DNA from: Vairimorpha necatrix
Lineage: Eukaryota
Direction of reading: 5' to 3'
Assembly: GCA_036630325.1 (NCBI GenBank)
Contig: CP142735.1
Coordinates: 62,001-126,000, forward strand
DNA: 64,000 nucleotides
Shown here: positions 43,782 through 54,900 of the stretch, one piece after another
How positions within the stretch are numbered: the stretch's first letter is position 1
How the letters are laid out: each line of letters opens with the position of its first letter
Translations under genes and position numbers: made by a program
The notes under the pieces: model-generated
What the model saw: the letters and a program-made list of their open reading frames with translations, nothing else
Told to the model about the DNA's origin: nothing
Databases searched by the model: none

Positions 43782-44222
43782 TTACATACAGAATATTAAT
43801 TTTAAGATTCCTCTTAGTCCTCTACTAGTACTAGTAGTAGTCTTGGGGGTCGAGTGATATTCCTCATACATCTTCTCCATATTCCTATAGGGTATCTTTA
43901 TGTCATAATCTATCCCTTCTAGTATCTTCCTCTCTACTCTACTAATATACACACAGGGGATATGTGACACCCCTGTCCATGACTCATTAGTGTATGAGTG
44001 GTCCATATACAGCTTACTGGATATTATAACAGAGCATATAAATACTAAGTATCTGTCTCTCTCTTGGATATCTTCTCTTGTAGTATATTTATCATATACA
44101 TATTTACCATTGAAGATTATATACAAGTTTATTCTTGACTTTATAAGGCATGTGTAAATTCTGTCTACTGTAAGATAGTCAGAGACAGAGGAGTATAAAA
44201 TACTCTTAAGTTTAGTGTCCAT
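43782..44222 (-). CDS. Cyclin-like protein (Pho80/Pcl type)
   Basis: SVIISSKLYMDHSYTNESW....ISRVERKILEGIDYDI matches the Pcl cyclin box pattern. Confidence 0.65.
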   Translation of the reverse strand: MDTKLKSILYSSVSDYLTVDRIYTCLIKSRINLYIIFNGKYVYDKYTTREDIQERDRYLVFICSVIISSKLYMDHSYTNESWTGVSHIPCVYISRVERKILEGIDYDIKIPYRNMEKMYEEYHSTPKTTTSTSRGLRGILKLIFCM

Positions 44223-44454
44223 ATGTAAAGAGAGAGATGTTTTATATTTATAAACAAAAGGAGAACTAAAACACCAATAGGAAATTACTTATAAGATACA
44301 ATTATATTAATATATATGATATGTTAATATAATGAATATATGATATGTTAATATATATATGATATGTTTTTATAATGATATGTTAATATAATACTATATG
44401 TATTTAATGTGTTATACAATATTATATACATGTGTTACATAGTAATATTATTAA

Positions 44455-44835
44455 TTATTTATTTCGTCTTCTCCTGGATTTCTTCCTTGACTTCATCTCT
44501 CGCTTCTTCTTCCCTTTGGTCAGATACACAGGATACTTCTTCTTATTCTTACTCACTCTCTCTTTCCTACTCAACTCGGGCTCATATTCTATCTCCTCAC
44601 TCACTTCCTCTACTTTCTTCTTTATAGTCTTCTCTATCTTCTGGATCTTCTTAGTGTTGTCTACATCAACATACTCCTTCTCCAGATCATCTAACTCCTT
44701 CTGAGTTCTAAGGAGAGTAAAACCAGTGTCTGGTTTTGTGTATTTTAGAGTGGAGAGAAGTTTAAGGGCGGATTTCTTAAAGAGTTTCTCACGTTTTAGT
44801 ACATCATTAACATCTTCCAGTATTATTTTATCCAT
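44455..44835 (-). CDS. Hypothetical basic protein, 126 aa
   Basis: CCCCC motif upstream, located inside the dense gene island, K/R-rich C-terminus. No family recognised with confidence. Confidence 0.65.
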   Translation of the reverse strand: MDKIILEDVNDVLKREKLFKKSALKLLSTLKYTKPDTGFTLLRTQKELDDLEKEYVDVDNTKKIQKIEKTIKKKVEEVSEEIEYEPELSRKERVSKNKKKYPVYLTKGKKKREMKSRKKSRRRRNK

Positions 44836-45035
44836 AAGAAAATGCAGGGGGTACTAAAAAATTATTAAGTTGTATAGATCTATATTATACATATTATTAT
44901 ACTATTGTACTAATATAATATTATTATAATATTGTATTAATATAATATTATTATATTATTATACATATATCTATATTATATACTACTATCTATATTATTG
45001 TATTAATACATGTTATTTTTATACCCCCTTTTTCT

Positions 45036-45368
45036 ATGTCTTCAGATTTCCCGACAAGTTTACCCTCTAAATTGAGATCTTGTAAATTGTGCTCTGCACT
45101 CTCCCCTCTCTCAAAGTTCAAGTCTAAGGGATGCCCAAACTGCACTACTGTCCCTAAGGACTCAGATTTCACATCTCCCAGATTTAAAGGACTAATAGGC
45201 CTAGTCGACCCATCTCGGAGTTGGGTGGCCCTTTGGCAGAGGATCAGTACATGTAAAAGGGGAGTGTATAGTATGGTAGTAGAAGGAGAAGTAGAAGAGG
45301 AGATATTAATAGAGTATGAGAAATCAGGACAAACATATACTGACAGAAATGAGTCCTTTAAACTTTAA
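45036..45368 (+). CDS. SPT4: Transcription elongation factor Spt4
   Basis: LRSCKLCS..GCPNC..TSPRFKGLI..DPSRSWVALWQRI..GVYS. Confidence 0.95.
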   Translation: MSSDFPTSLPSKLRSCKLCSALSPLSKFKSKGCPNCTTVPKDSDFTSPRFKGLIGLVDPSRSWVALWQRISTCKRGVYSMVVEGEVEEEILIEYEKSGQTYTDRNESFKL

Positions 45369-45666
45369 CTGATCTATAAGTAGTATTATAGTTAACTTAA
45401 AATTATTTTAAGTTAACTTATATTATATTGATAGTTATAATTAATTTAACTTTATTTGAGTTATATTATATTTTAAGTTAACTTTATTTATGATATATTG
45501 AATTTAAAGTTAACTTTATTTAAGTTATATTGATTTATAAATTACATATTATAATACATATATAATACATATACAATATAATACTACATAATACATATAT
45601 ACTCTAATATACAATATCATAATACAATATTATCCAATATAATACTATTAAATATTAAATACTTGT

Positions 45667-46752
45667 TTATTCTTGCTTCTCTTCTATTCCCATCTCTACA
45701 TTACTTATATACCGATCAATCTCCTCATACACATTATCAGGTAATATCCTCAAATCTACTTCTATCTCATTATTCTCCACATATTCCCCCGCACTATATT
45801 TCTGTATTATCTTCGCCACACTATCAGTGTGGCCTTTACTCAGATTTAATATCCTATTCCCTAATTCTATCCTCTCATTTAAACTATAATTCTTTAATAC
45901 TACTGTACTATCATTCTTATCTTTTAACTTATTCTCTAACATCTTACATTCCTTAGTATACTGACTTATCTTCTTCTTTAATTCTAATATCCTCCCTTTT
46001 ATATCTTTTGGTTCATATTTACTTAATAATAAATTTATTAATTCATTTAATTCACTACCACATCTGTAAACTTCTGATCCTGAATCATTAAACTTATGAC
46101 AATTATCTACTATTAATTTTAAATCATTAGTAAATTCATCAATATTCTGATACATTTTATTATCCAATTTATCTTTTATAGTTTTCAAATCCATAGGATT
46201 CTTTATTATTTCATAATATTGTGGTAATAAATTAGAATTTACTGGTTCTAAAAATGGCCAAGTAAAAGTTTTATATTTATTTTGTAAGATATTATTAATT
46301 AAATCTATACAAAATTCATATTCATCAATATTTATAGTATCTCCTGATCTTATAATACGTTTAGATCTTTCTAAATTAATTTCTGGTCTTTTTCGTTTTT
46401 TACAAATTTCTACAGGTAATTCATTAAAAAGTAAGTCATAATTTTGTTCAAGATTTTTTCCCATAATATATACTTCAGAATCAGGATGATTGTAAATATA
46501 ACAATTATTAAACATTAGTTTTATATCTGAATTAAATGAAGAAGGAGAAGAATACATTTTAGTATCAAGTTTCTTTTTTATAGTAGAAATGTCCATAGGG
46601 AATTTGACTTTTAAAGGGTAATCAGGGATACCATATTTTACAGGGTCTACAGGTTCAAGAAAAGGAAAAGCGGAAGGATTCCGCTTTAATTTTTGTAAGA
46701 TTGTAGAACAATATTTCATTTGGTAATCCAAGAGGGCTTGATCTTGTTCCAT
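45667..46752 (-). CDS. BDF1: BET double-bromodomain protein with ET domain
   Basis: AFPFLEPVDP..DYP..PMDISTI..NCYIYN; WPFLEPV..YYEIIKNPMDL..NCHKFN; ET domain ERIELG..EIEVDL. Confidence 0.92.
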   Translation of the reverse strand: MEQDQALLDYQMKYCSTILQKLKRNPSAFPFLEPVDPVKYGIPDYPLKVKFPMDISTIKKKLDTKMYSSPSSFNSDIKLMFNNCYIYNHPDSEVYIMGKNLEQNYDLLFNELPVEICKKRKRPEINLERSKRIIRSGDTINIDEYEFCIDLINNILQNKYKTFTWPFLEPVNSNLLPQYYEIIKNPMDLKTIKDKLDNKMYQNIDEFTNDLKLIVDNCHKFNDSGSEVYRCGSELNELINLLLSKYEPKDIKGRILELKKKISQYTKECKMLENKLKDKNDSTVVLKNYSLNERIELGNRILNLSKGHTDSVAKIIQKYSAGEYVENNEIEVDLRILPDNVYEEIDRYISNVEMGIEEKQE

Positions 46753-47375
46753 AAGGGCAAAAAAAAATAAAATAAAATTTAAGTAGGTATTATTTATTTA
46801 TACATATGTATAATATGTATATATATTTTATAAATAAAGTATACATAATACATATGTATAAATATAAAATTTGTTGTTTTTTTTTGTTGATTATTTATTT
46901 TTAAAATGTGCATAAATAAAAAGAAAGAAAAATCATTATAAGCTTTTAACAAATATCTTCCATTTGTTAAGATTAAATCCAGAGACACCTGGCTCAATAC
47001 ACCATTTAAGAACACGACTCATAAAATGCCCAAGATAAACTATCACTAAGTCTTCCCTCGGCAAAGACACTTACACTGTAAAGTCAGCACACTGTGGTTT
47101 ATAAGACACAGAGTAATTTATAATAAATACAGAGTAATTTATTATAAATACAGAGTATTATGCGTCATAATAAATCATATATAACACAATATATAAAACA
47201 ATATAGTAGATATCAAATATATGTAACAAATATAATCTACATATATAAACTACACATATAAAATATATATAACACAATATAAAACAACATAGTAGATATA
47301 AACTACATATATAAAATATATATATAAAATAGATGTAATACAATATAACACAACATAGTAGATATAAAATATATA

Positions 47376-48059
47376 TTATATTTTATTGATACTGTCAAAT
47401 ACTTCCTGTACTTCTTCTTTACTATACACCCTAAACTCCTTTCCTCTATACACTCCTATATCAATATCTTCACTCTTCACACTCCTCCCACAATATTCCC
47501 TTATACATTCCACACATGTACTTATATTGTCATCAAGCATCCCTTTCCTTCTCTCTAATAATCTCCCACTCTCCGTATACTCCCGGCCTATAGTCCCGAC
47601 TTGTAAACTTGTGTAACTTCCACTCGGGTCTACCCTGTACATCTTATTATCTCCCACTATAAGAAGTAGAGTCCCAAAAGGCCTATATCCCTTCTTGATA
47701 GTGTATTCTTGTATCTGTCTACTAAACTGTTCTACAAATAGTCTGATTGGGATATTAGTAGAGTATATGTCAGTATATTCTTCAGATATCTTTAGAGATA
47801 AGTTGTACTGGATCCTGAAGTCAGGCTGACAGCCTGAGTAAGTAATACCCAAGTTTGGGGATATTTGGTAGATCTTCTTGTATTCTGAGAGGATGACGAG
47901 GTTATTAGATTCCTTGAGACTTGCTAGTACTACGCCGTCTTCTGATACACACCCTACTGAGAGGGAGCCCTGAGTGGCAGCCTTTAGGGCGTTGTCGCAT
48001 TGGTCAAGTTTCCCTTCACTAGTGAAGAGAGTGAGTTGTTTATGAGTGTCAAGGAACAT
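47376..48059 (-). CDS. PRE8: 20S proteasome alpha subunit, most like alpha-2 (PSMA2/Pre8)
   Basis: LTLFTSEGKLDQ, GITYSGCQPDFR, QEYTIKKGYRPFG, VDPSGSY. Confidence 0.85.
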   Translation of the reverse strand: MFLDTHKQLTLFTSEGKLDQCDNALKAATQGSLSVGCVSEDGVVLASLKESNNLVILSEYKKIYQISPNLGITYSGCQPDFRIQYNLSLKISEEYTDIYSTNIPIRLFVEQFSRQIQEYTIKKGYRPFGTLLLIVGDNKMYRVDPSGSYTSLQVGTIGREYTESGRLLERRKGMLDDNISTCVECIREYCGRSVKSEDIDIGVYRGKEFRVYSKEEVQEVFDSINKI

Positions 48060-48293
48060 ATAAAAAGGGGTATAAAAGAAATGATTTATATGATTTAGTT
48101 TAGATATTATTTATTTAGTTTAGATTTATATTTGATTTAGATTTATAAGATTTATAAGATTTAGTTTTATACAGTCTTTTAGATATAACTTAATATCTTA
48201 TAATACATATTACATATATTTAAATACATAATATTACATATATTTAAATACATATTATAATATATTACATCTTACAATATATATATTTTCTCC

Positions 48294-48914
48294 TCATATA
48301 ATTGACTCCTCATTATTTTGTATGTTCTTCTTTACTATATACTCCTTCTTCTTCTCTTTACACTCCTCTTTAAACTTCTTATACTCCCCACTATCTATAA
48401 ACTTCTCTTCTCCATCTACTTCCACTCTCATCTTAACTTTCTCATACCCTTCTCTCTCTAATACACTTATAATCTCCAGTACTTGTCCTTTCACACTCCC
48501 CATATTTATATTATACACTCTCTTCACTACTCTCCTACACTCTTCATTCCTCATAAACTTACCATCTTTCTGTATCTTCTTTCTTACTCTGTCTACTATC
48601 TGATTCTCTATCATTTGTAACTCATACTCCCTGGTCAAGATATTCTTCTGCTCATGACCATATAAGATAATATACTTGATAATGTCTAGAACAGGGAGAT
48701 TAAAAAGAGATAAGTCTTCTTTACTGCATCTTATACCAGTAGTGACATTCTTATAGATAATAGTACTGGGGATACAGTCTGAGAGGGGAGAGATATTGTG
48801 ATGATATTCGTAGAGTTTATTAGGGTAGACGGGGATACTGTAAGTCTTATTATATTTCTTAAGAGTGATAATTGAGACATTAGTCAATTTCTTCATATTT
48901 GCGGGTGTGAACAT
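48294..48914 (-). CDS. SDO1: Ribosome maturation protein SBDS/Sdo1
   Basis: MFTPANMKKLTNVSIITLKK..VYPNK..IYKNV..G; ATG at 48914 follows CCCCC. Confidence 0.9.
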   Translation of the reverse strand: MFTPANMKKLTNVSIITLKKYNKTYSIPVYPNKLYEYHHNISPLSDCIPSTIIYKNVTTGIRCSKEDLSLFNLPVLDIIKYIILYGHEQKNILTREYELQMIENQIVDRVRKKIQKDGKFMRNEECRRVVKRVYNINMGSVKGQVLEIISVLEREGYEKVKMRVEVDGEEKFIDSGEYKKFKEECKEKKKEYIVKKNIQNNEESII

Positions 48915-49177
48915 AAAAGCTAAGGAGGGGGTGATATGATAATATTTATTAAGTAATGATAGATTAGATATATGAAAGATGTATAAAATAAATACTATAT
49001 AATATACAATGCACATTATATAATATTTTATATAGTAGTATACAATATTATATATTATAATATATACATTATATTACATATATTACATACTACATTATAA
49101 CATACAGTAAGATAAAATATATTAAATTTTATATAATAATAAATATAAGACTTTTATTGTACATTATTATTTAAATC

Positions 49178-50251
49178 TTATTTGAAATAATTCACTACTT
49201 CATGTATGTCGGGTCTCTTCTTATAATCCATCTGTAACATCTTCTTACTAATCTGATCCATCTTAATCCCCCGGAAATTATTCCTCCTTAATTTCAACCA
49301 GGCCTCGCCTTTCTTGGGTAGATTTATCCCCCTTAATATTTCTAAGTAAATTAGTCCCAGGCTGAATATGTCTGAGGAGGGGGTGCAGATATTCCTGAGT
49401 ATCTCAGGGGCCATGTATCTCTTGTCTCCGTCTAATTTAATATCTTCATTCTCCTTAGTACTAATCCCCAAATCACCTATTTTAAATATGTAATCATTTA
49501 TATTATCTTTATGTATGATATGTATATTATCTTTATGTATACTATCTTTATGTATACTATCTTTATGTATGATATGTATATTATCTTTATGTTTACTATC
49601 TTGATTTATACTATCTTTATGTATACTATCTTTATCATCCTTACTATTATGTATCATACTATCTTGATTTATACTATTTTTATCATTACTCTTGTATTTT
49701 TCTTGTAATAAAATGTTCTCGGGTTTGATGTCTAAATGTACATACCCTTTAATATGTATCTCCCTTACTCCCCGACTTATATCATACATTATCTTCCTTA
49801 ATAACTCCCTACTAATCACTTCCTTCTTCTTATAAAACACACTAGTCAAATAATCCCTGAGATTCCCCCCATTACAATACTCTAACTCTATAAAGAAATG
49901 AGACTGGTATGTGTAAGAAGAAATAAATCTAGTCACATACTCAGACTCAATAATCTTAAGGATAGAGACTTCTTTATTGTACATATCATAATCTAAGGAA
50001 TTCTTAATGGGAAGTTTAGACTTCTTAAGGACTGTGTCCTTATTCGTCTTATAAACAAGATAGAAATCTCCTTCTCCTATTAAAAGAAGATTATCATAAT
50101 CATCTGAACTAATAATACTAGGGATATTAAAATCAAGTATACTGGAATCAATCATGTCTCTATAAACTACTTTCTTGACCGGGGTCTTGGGTGTACTGAA
50201 AATATTCTCTGTGACTTCTTGTTTTAATGTAAAGGACTTCTTATTTGGCAT
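49178..50251 (-). CDS. Wee1/Myt1-family protein kinase
   Basis: IGEGDF, ELEYCNGG, VHLDIKPENI, KIGDLG, DGDKRYMAPE, DIFSLG, LPKKGEAWLKLR. Likely ATG at 50251. Confidence 0.88.
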   Translation of the reverse strand: MPNKKSFTLKQEVTENIFSTPKTPVKKVVYRDMIDSSILDFNIPSIISSDDYDNLLLIGEGDFYLVYKTNKDTVLKKSKLPIKNSLDYDMYNKEVSILKIIESEYVTRFISSYTYQSHFFIELEYCNGGNLRDYLTSVFYKKKEVISRELLRKIMYDISRGVREIHIKGYVHLDIKPENILLQEKYKSNDKNSINQDSMIHNSKDDKDSIHKDSINQDSKHKDNIHIIHKDSIHKDSIHKDNIHIIHKDNINDYIFKIGDLGISTKENEDIKLDGDKRYMAPEILRNICTPSSDIFSLGLIYLEILRGINLPKKGEAWLKLRRNNFRGIKMDQISKKMLQMDYKKRPDIHEVVNYFK

Positions 50252-50300
50252 AAAAGGAGGGGGGTACAATAAAAAAAAGACAAGAATAAAGAGGAACTAG

Positions 50301-51569
50301 TTACTCTTTATGATTATGGGGGATATTTCTATACTCAAAATCTCTACCGTCGTCTTGTTTTTTATTCCAGTCTCGGGACTGACCGGGATTTACATTTATA
50401 TCTCTATTATTTTTATCTCTTTGATGATCTCTATTACTTTGGTCTCTAGTATTTTGGTCTCTAGTATTTTGGTATATGTTGCGGGAACTGTCTCTGTTTG
50501 TATAATTATCGCGAGGGTTGTCTCTACTAGGATTATTATCTCTGGTCTGGTATCTATCTTTTTGTATGTAATTATCTCTGGATTGATAATTATCTCTAGG
50601 CTGGAAATTATCACGGGGTTGATAATTTCTTGATTGTTTATCTCTATTTTGATAAGTGTCTCTGGGTTGGTAAGTATCTCTAGGTTGATAATCTTTTTTG
50701 TAATTATCTCTATTTTGGTAATTGTCTCTAGGCTGATAATTTCTATCTTTTTGTACGTAGTTTTCTCTATTTTGGTAAGTATCTCTAGATTGGTAGTCTT
50801 TTTTGTAGTTGTCTCTATTTTGGAAGTTGTCTCTTGGTTGGTAAGTATCTTTTTGTTGATAATTTCTATCTTTTTGTATGTAGTTGTCTTTTTGATATAT
50901 ATTTCTATCTTTCTGTATGTAGTTGTCTTTTTGTTGATAGTTTCTGTCTTTTTGGTAAATATTTCTATCTTTTGATTCAATATTCGTCTGATTATAATAA
51001 TTTCTATCTTTTGATTCAATAATCTCCCGTGGTTGATTTATAGTCTTCTGATCTTCTTTTTTATTTATATTCGCTTCACTTTTATATGCATACTCTTTTA
51101 TAAAACTAGGCGCATTCTCCACATTAATATCTCCTATCATCCCATCTTCTTCTCCTTCTTGTATTTCATATTTCTCATCTATAGGATCTCTTTCTCTCAA
51201 ATCCATTATCTTCTTCTCTACATACTCAATATCAAATGGTAAATTAAAACACTCAGGATTCTTTCTCAAATCTATACATCTTTTAGTACTGGACTTTACA
51301 TTTCCTTTCTTACACATTTCATTTAATTTACTATATAAAATCGTATAATTCTCTACCCACATATCATCTAATATCCTTCTAGTATCACCAACCATAAGAC
51401 TATATCTAACTTCTTCTTGACTGATAACATTAAGATCTAATGAATCAATATAAGAGAAAATCCATGTGGGTGGATCTAAGAGAGAAGAAATAAGGAAATG
51501 GGGCTTGCTGCATGAAGAACCATATCGACATCTTCCTTGTTGGAAAAATGGACAGGGGTCAAGAACCAT
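50301..51569 (-). CDS. CCCH zinc-finger protein, NUP42/NUPL2(hCG1)/Amo1-like, with RDNYQ repeat tract
   Basis: N-terminal CPFFQQGRCRYGSSCSKPH, then WIFSY and ISQEEVR, and C-terminal FEYRNIP. About 25 (R/K)D(N/T/R)YQ-type repeats. The ORF is clear; the family call is by recalled motifs. Confidence 0.7.
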   Translation of the reverse strand: MVLDPCPFFQQGRCRYGSSCSKPHFLISSLLDPPTWIFSYIDSLDLNVISQEEVRYSLMVGDTRRILDDMWVENYTILYSKLNEMCKKGNVKSSTKRCIDLRKNPECFNLPFDIEYVEKKIMDLRERDPIDEKYEIQEGEEDGMIGDINVENAPSFIKEYAYKSEANINKKEDQKTINQPREIIESKDRNYYNQTNIESKDRNIYQKDRNYQQKDNYIQKDRNIYQKDNYIQKDRNYQQKDTYQPRDNFQNRDNYKKDYQSRDTYQNRENYVQKDRNYQPRDNYQNRDNYKKDYQPRDTYQPRDTYQNRDKQSRNYQPRDNFQPRDNYQSRDNYIQKDRYQTRDNNPSRDNPRDNYTNRDSSRNIYQNTRDQNTRDQSNRDHQRDKNNRDINVNPGQSRDWNKKQDDGRDFEYRNIPHNHKE

Positions 51570-51977
51570 ATGAGGGATAATTTAGAGGAGAAAAAAATGG
51601 AAAATTATTTTATGCAGAAAATGCGTATTTATATTTTTAGAGGGGAGTTTGTTTGTTTAAACAAACAAAGTGGGAAAAGAAAAAAATATATATAAAAATA
51701 TAAAACTAGTACTAAACATGTATGATTTACACTTCAAGATAAAAAATTATTTATTAGTATATAAAATATAAAACTATATATTTTTCCTAATTTAGTTGCT
51801 ACAAGTATAACCTAGAATGATTTTACAGAAGAAATATCTATTACAATTGATATCTTATAAAAAAGATGTAAATGTTTAAATTGTGTAACATAAAACAAGT
51901 TAAAAGAGATAGTACGGTCCCCTTAATGCACATCATAACGTGTAATTATTGCATATGATAAATCTTTTAGTACAAAT

Positions 51978-54900
51978 TGTTGGAATGAAAACATGGGTTT
52001 ATTTATTATAAAATATTTAAGAAACAACATGTCAAATATATCAAAACACAGACACAATATATTTGACATATGTGGCACTTCCTACACTACCCCTCCTTTA
52101 AAAGCTTTACATGATTTCGGCTTGCCGTAACTGTTTTTCCACTGTCCAATAAAACTTTAAATGAATGAAATTTTTGTTCTGCTACCACTCCTTTTTCTTC
52201 CCATTTAGGTTCAAGTTTTCCTCTTATAGGGAGAATTAAATAGTACCAGACCCTATCTCCAACCTTTATGGTTTCCTTACTCTCACCATTTTTCTTTCCA
52301 CCCGTGTTATACTCAAGTCTGTAGGCTTCTAAATTTTTAATGGCCTGTTCCTGATATTCTTTCTTTTCTTTTGATGTCTTAATCCCTTCCTGTAAGTCCA
52401 ATTTATTAAGCACCATTCCTGTAATAAGTTCTACTGGGGCGCAGCCTATAGCCCTATGGTAAGACTGCATATAGGCCTTGACCAATTTAGGAACGCATTT
52501 TGCCCAATCAAATTTCCCAAATTCCGTAATTTTCCTTAACTTTGAACCCATTGTTCTATTAAATCTCTCCACAAGCCCCGTGGTCGTAGGTTTGTAGAGG
52601 GAACCATATTTCCAGATGAAATTCTTAATCCTTGCATATTCATCACAGATTTTATTTCTGAACTCTTTACCATTATCAGTTAGTATGGCTTTCGGAACTC
52701 CATGTTTCCTGACTATATGTTTATCGATCAAATAAACAACCGTATTCATATCCTTTGTATAAACCGGCACTACCTCTGCGATTTTTGAGAAATGGTCTAT
52801 CATTGTTAATAAAAACTTGTATCCTTGCTCACTCTCTTTCAGAGGGCCTACCATGTCTAACTCCCAGATTTCTCCTAATTTATTTGCTACCACTGGTACA
52901 ATATCTTTAAATTTTCTCTGAGGTTTTTCCTTTTGACAAACTTCACAGTTGTCTACATAGTCTTCTATATCTTTGTTCATATGCTTCCAGGTGTATTTTT
53001 GACCAATATTGTACTTCATGTTTTGTTTTGATCCGTGGCCCAATAAATCATGATAAAACTTTAACAATACCGATGTTCTCTCTTTTTTTATAACTTTCTT
53101 TTGTACTAAATGAATTTCCAAAACATTCTCTCCCTCCTTTTTAAATTCTCTGCTCAGGTGATCTGTATGGTTTGATGGTCCTGTTATATATTCAATATCA
53201 AAGTCATATTCTTGTAAAATCAATGACCATCTAGCCAGCCTAGCTTTGACGTTTCTAGACTTAAATAAATATTTCAGAGCTTGATGATCAGTTTTTAATG
53301 TAAACTTACCTAATAATAAGTATTCTCTGAAATGTTGAATGGATTTTATTACCGCCAATAGTTCTTGTTCCGTCGTGGAGTAATTCTTTTCCGTCTTTGA
53401 GTGCAGGGAGCTGTAATAAGAAACAATCTTTTCTTTTCCTCCAATTACTTGTGCCAAAGTGGCGCCACATCCCTCGTTTGATGCATCTGTTGTCAAAATG
53501 AACTTATCCTTCAAGTTTGGGATAGTCAACAAGGCCGTTCTCTTCATGGCCTGTTTTACCTCTTCAATATCCTTACGATATTTAGCGTTTTGTTCTACAT
53601 TTTTCCAAAAGTTCTCAGCGTCCTCATTCTTGAGCCTGATTATATCAAATAATGGGCTAATTATCTTGTGACTGTTTTTTATAAATTTTGCACAGTAATT
53701 ATACAACCCCAACAATGATTGTAGCTTTTTCTTATTTTTAGGGATTGGTAGCTTCTGAATACTCCTCACTCTCTCTTCATCTACCCTTATTCCTTCCTTT
53801 GATATTACATGACCTAAAATTCTTAACTCGGTCTTCTTAAATTCGCATTTCTCCTGATTAAGTTTCAATCCTACCGATTTGAGCTTTTCCAATACCATTT
53901 GAACATCTCTCCTATGGTCTTCTTCAGTTTTACTATAAATTAGTATATCATCCATATATACTACAACAAACTTAAACAAAAATTCCCTTAATATATCATT
54001 CATCACCCGCTGAAATGTAGCTGGTCCGTTAACAAGCCCAAATGGCATTTTAGTAAATTCGAATAACCCTTCTCTACAGGCAAAAGCTGTCTTCTCAATA
54101 TCACAAGGCGCCATATCTATTTGGTGATAGCCAGATTCAGCGTCTAATTTGGTAAAGTAAGTAGCACCTTCTAATGCGTTTATGAATTCTTCTACACGGG
54201 GCATTGGATATGCATCCCTAATCGTCACGTCATTCAGTCTTCTATAATCCACGCATAGCCTATGGTCTCCATTCTTTTTTGGAACAATAATTATTGGGCT
54301 TCTCCATGAACTTTCACTAGGTCTTATTATCCTAAGCTAAGATATTCTTTTATTATTTTCGATGCTATGTCCTCTTTTGCAGCACCCAACTTGTATAACT
54401 GTGATAATATTGGGTTATCATCCTTCGTGATGATTTTATGGTATCCTATGGCTTTACCCTTTGCCATTTGTCCAGATTCAATTTCCATTCTATTATCCCC
54501 AAATCTTAAACTAATTCTGTATTTATCGAGTAGCCCATGTCCTATGATGCATGGGATTGTGATATCTCTTGTTATAATGAATTTATCCTCAAATATCATC
54601 CCATCAATTTTAATTTTAACTACCGTTTCACCAATAATTTTTATCCTCGAACCATTTGCTGCTCTAAGCTGTTGTTTCGAAATATTAACAACAGTTTTAT
54701 TCGGTAACAGTTCTGGTCTAATAAGATTTAAATCGGCTCCTGTATCAATCAGTACTTTGAATTTTCCTCCTGAATTGCTTAATGACGCAGCTTTAAGTGT
54801 TGTTCTAATGTCCTTAGACTTCGACACGGAATAGTTAAAAATAAACTTATAAGAATCATTTTCCTCATTTTGTTCCTCCTTCTCTGTGGCCTTTTCTACA

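Noticed and set aside
50310-51242. Overlapping alternative-frame and antisense ORFs (50396-51019, 50310-50633, 50634-50975)
   Set aside because: By-products of the stop-poor repeat tract in the CCCH gene. The same applies to antisense ORFs over the TE and core genes.
51973-51977. TSD CAAAT equals the bases adjoining the 5' LTR internally, suggesting longer LTRs or target specificity
   Set aside because: TG..CA termini and the sister copy fix the LTR at 109 bp, and the same 5-mer flanks the other end. A single AT-rich coincidence is insufficient.
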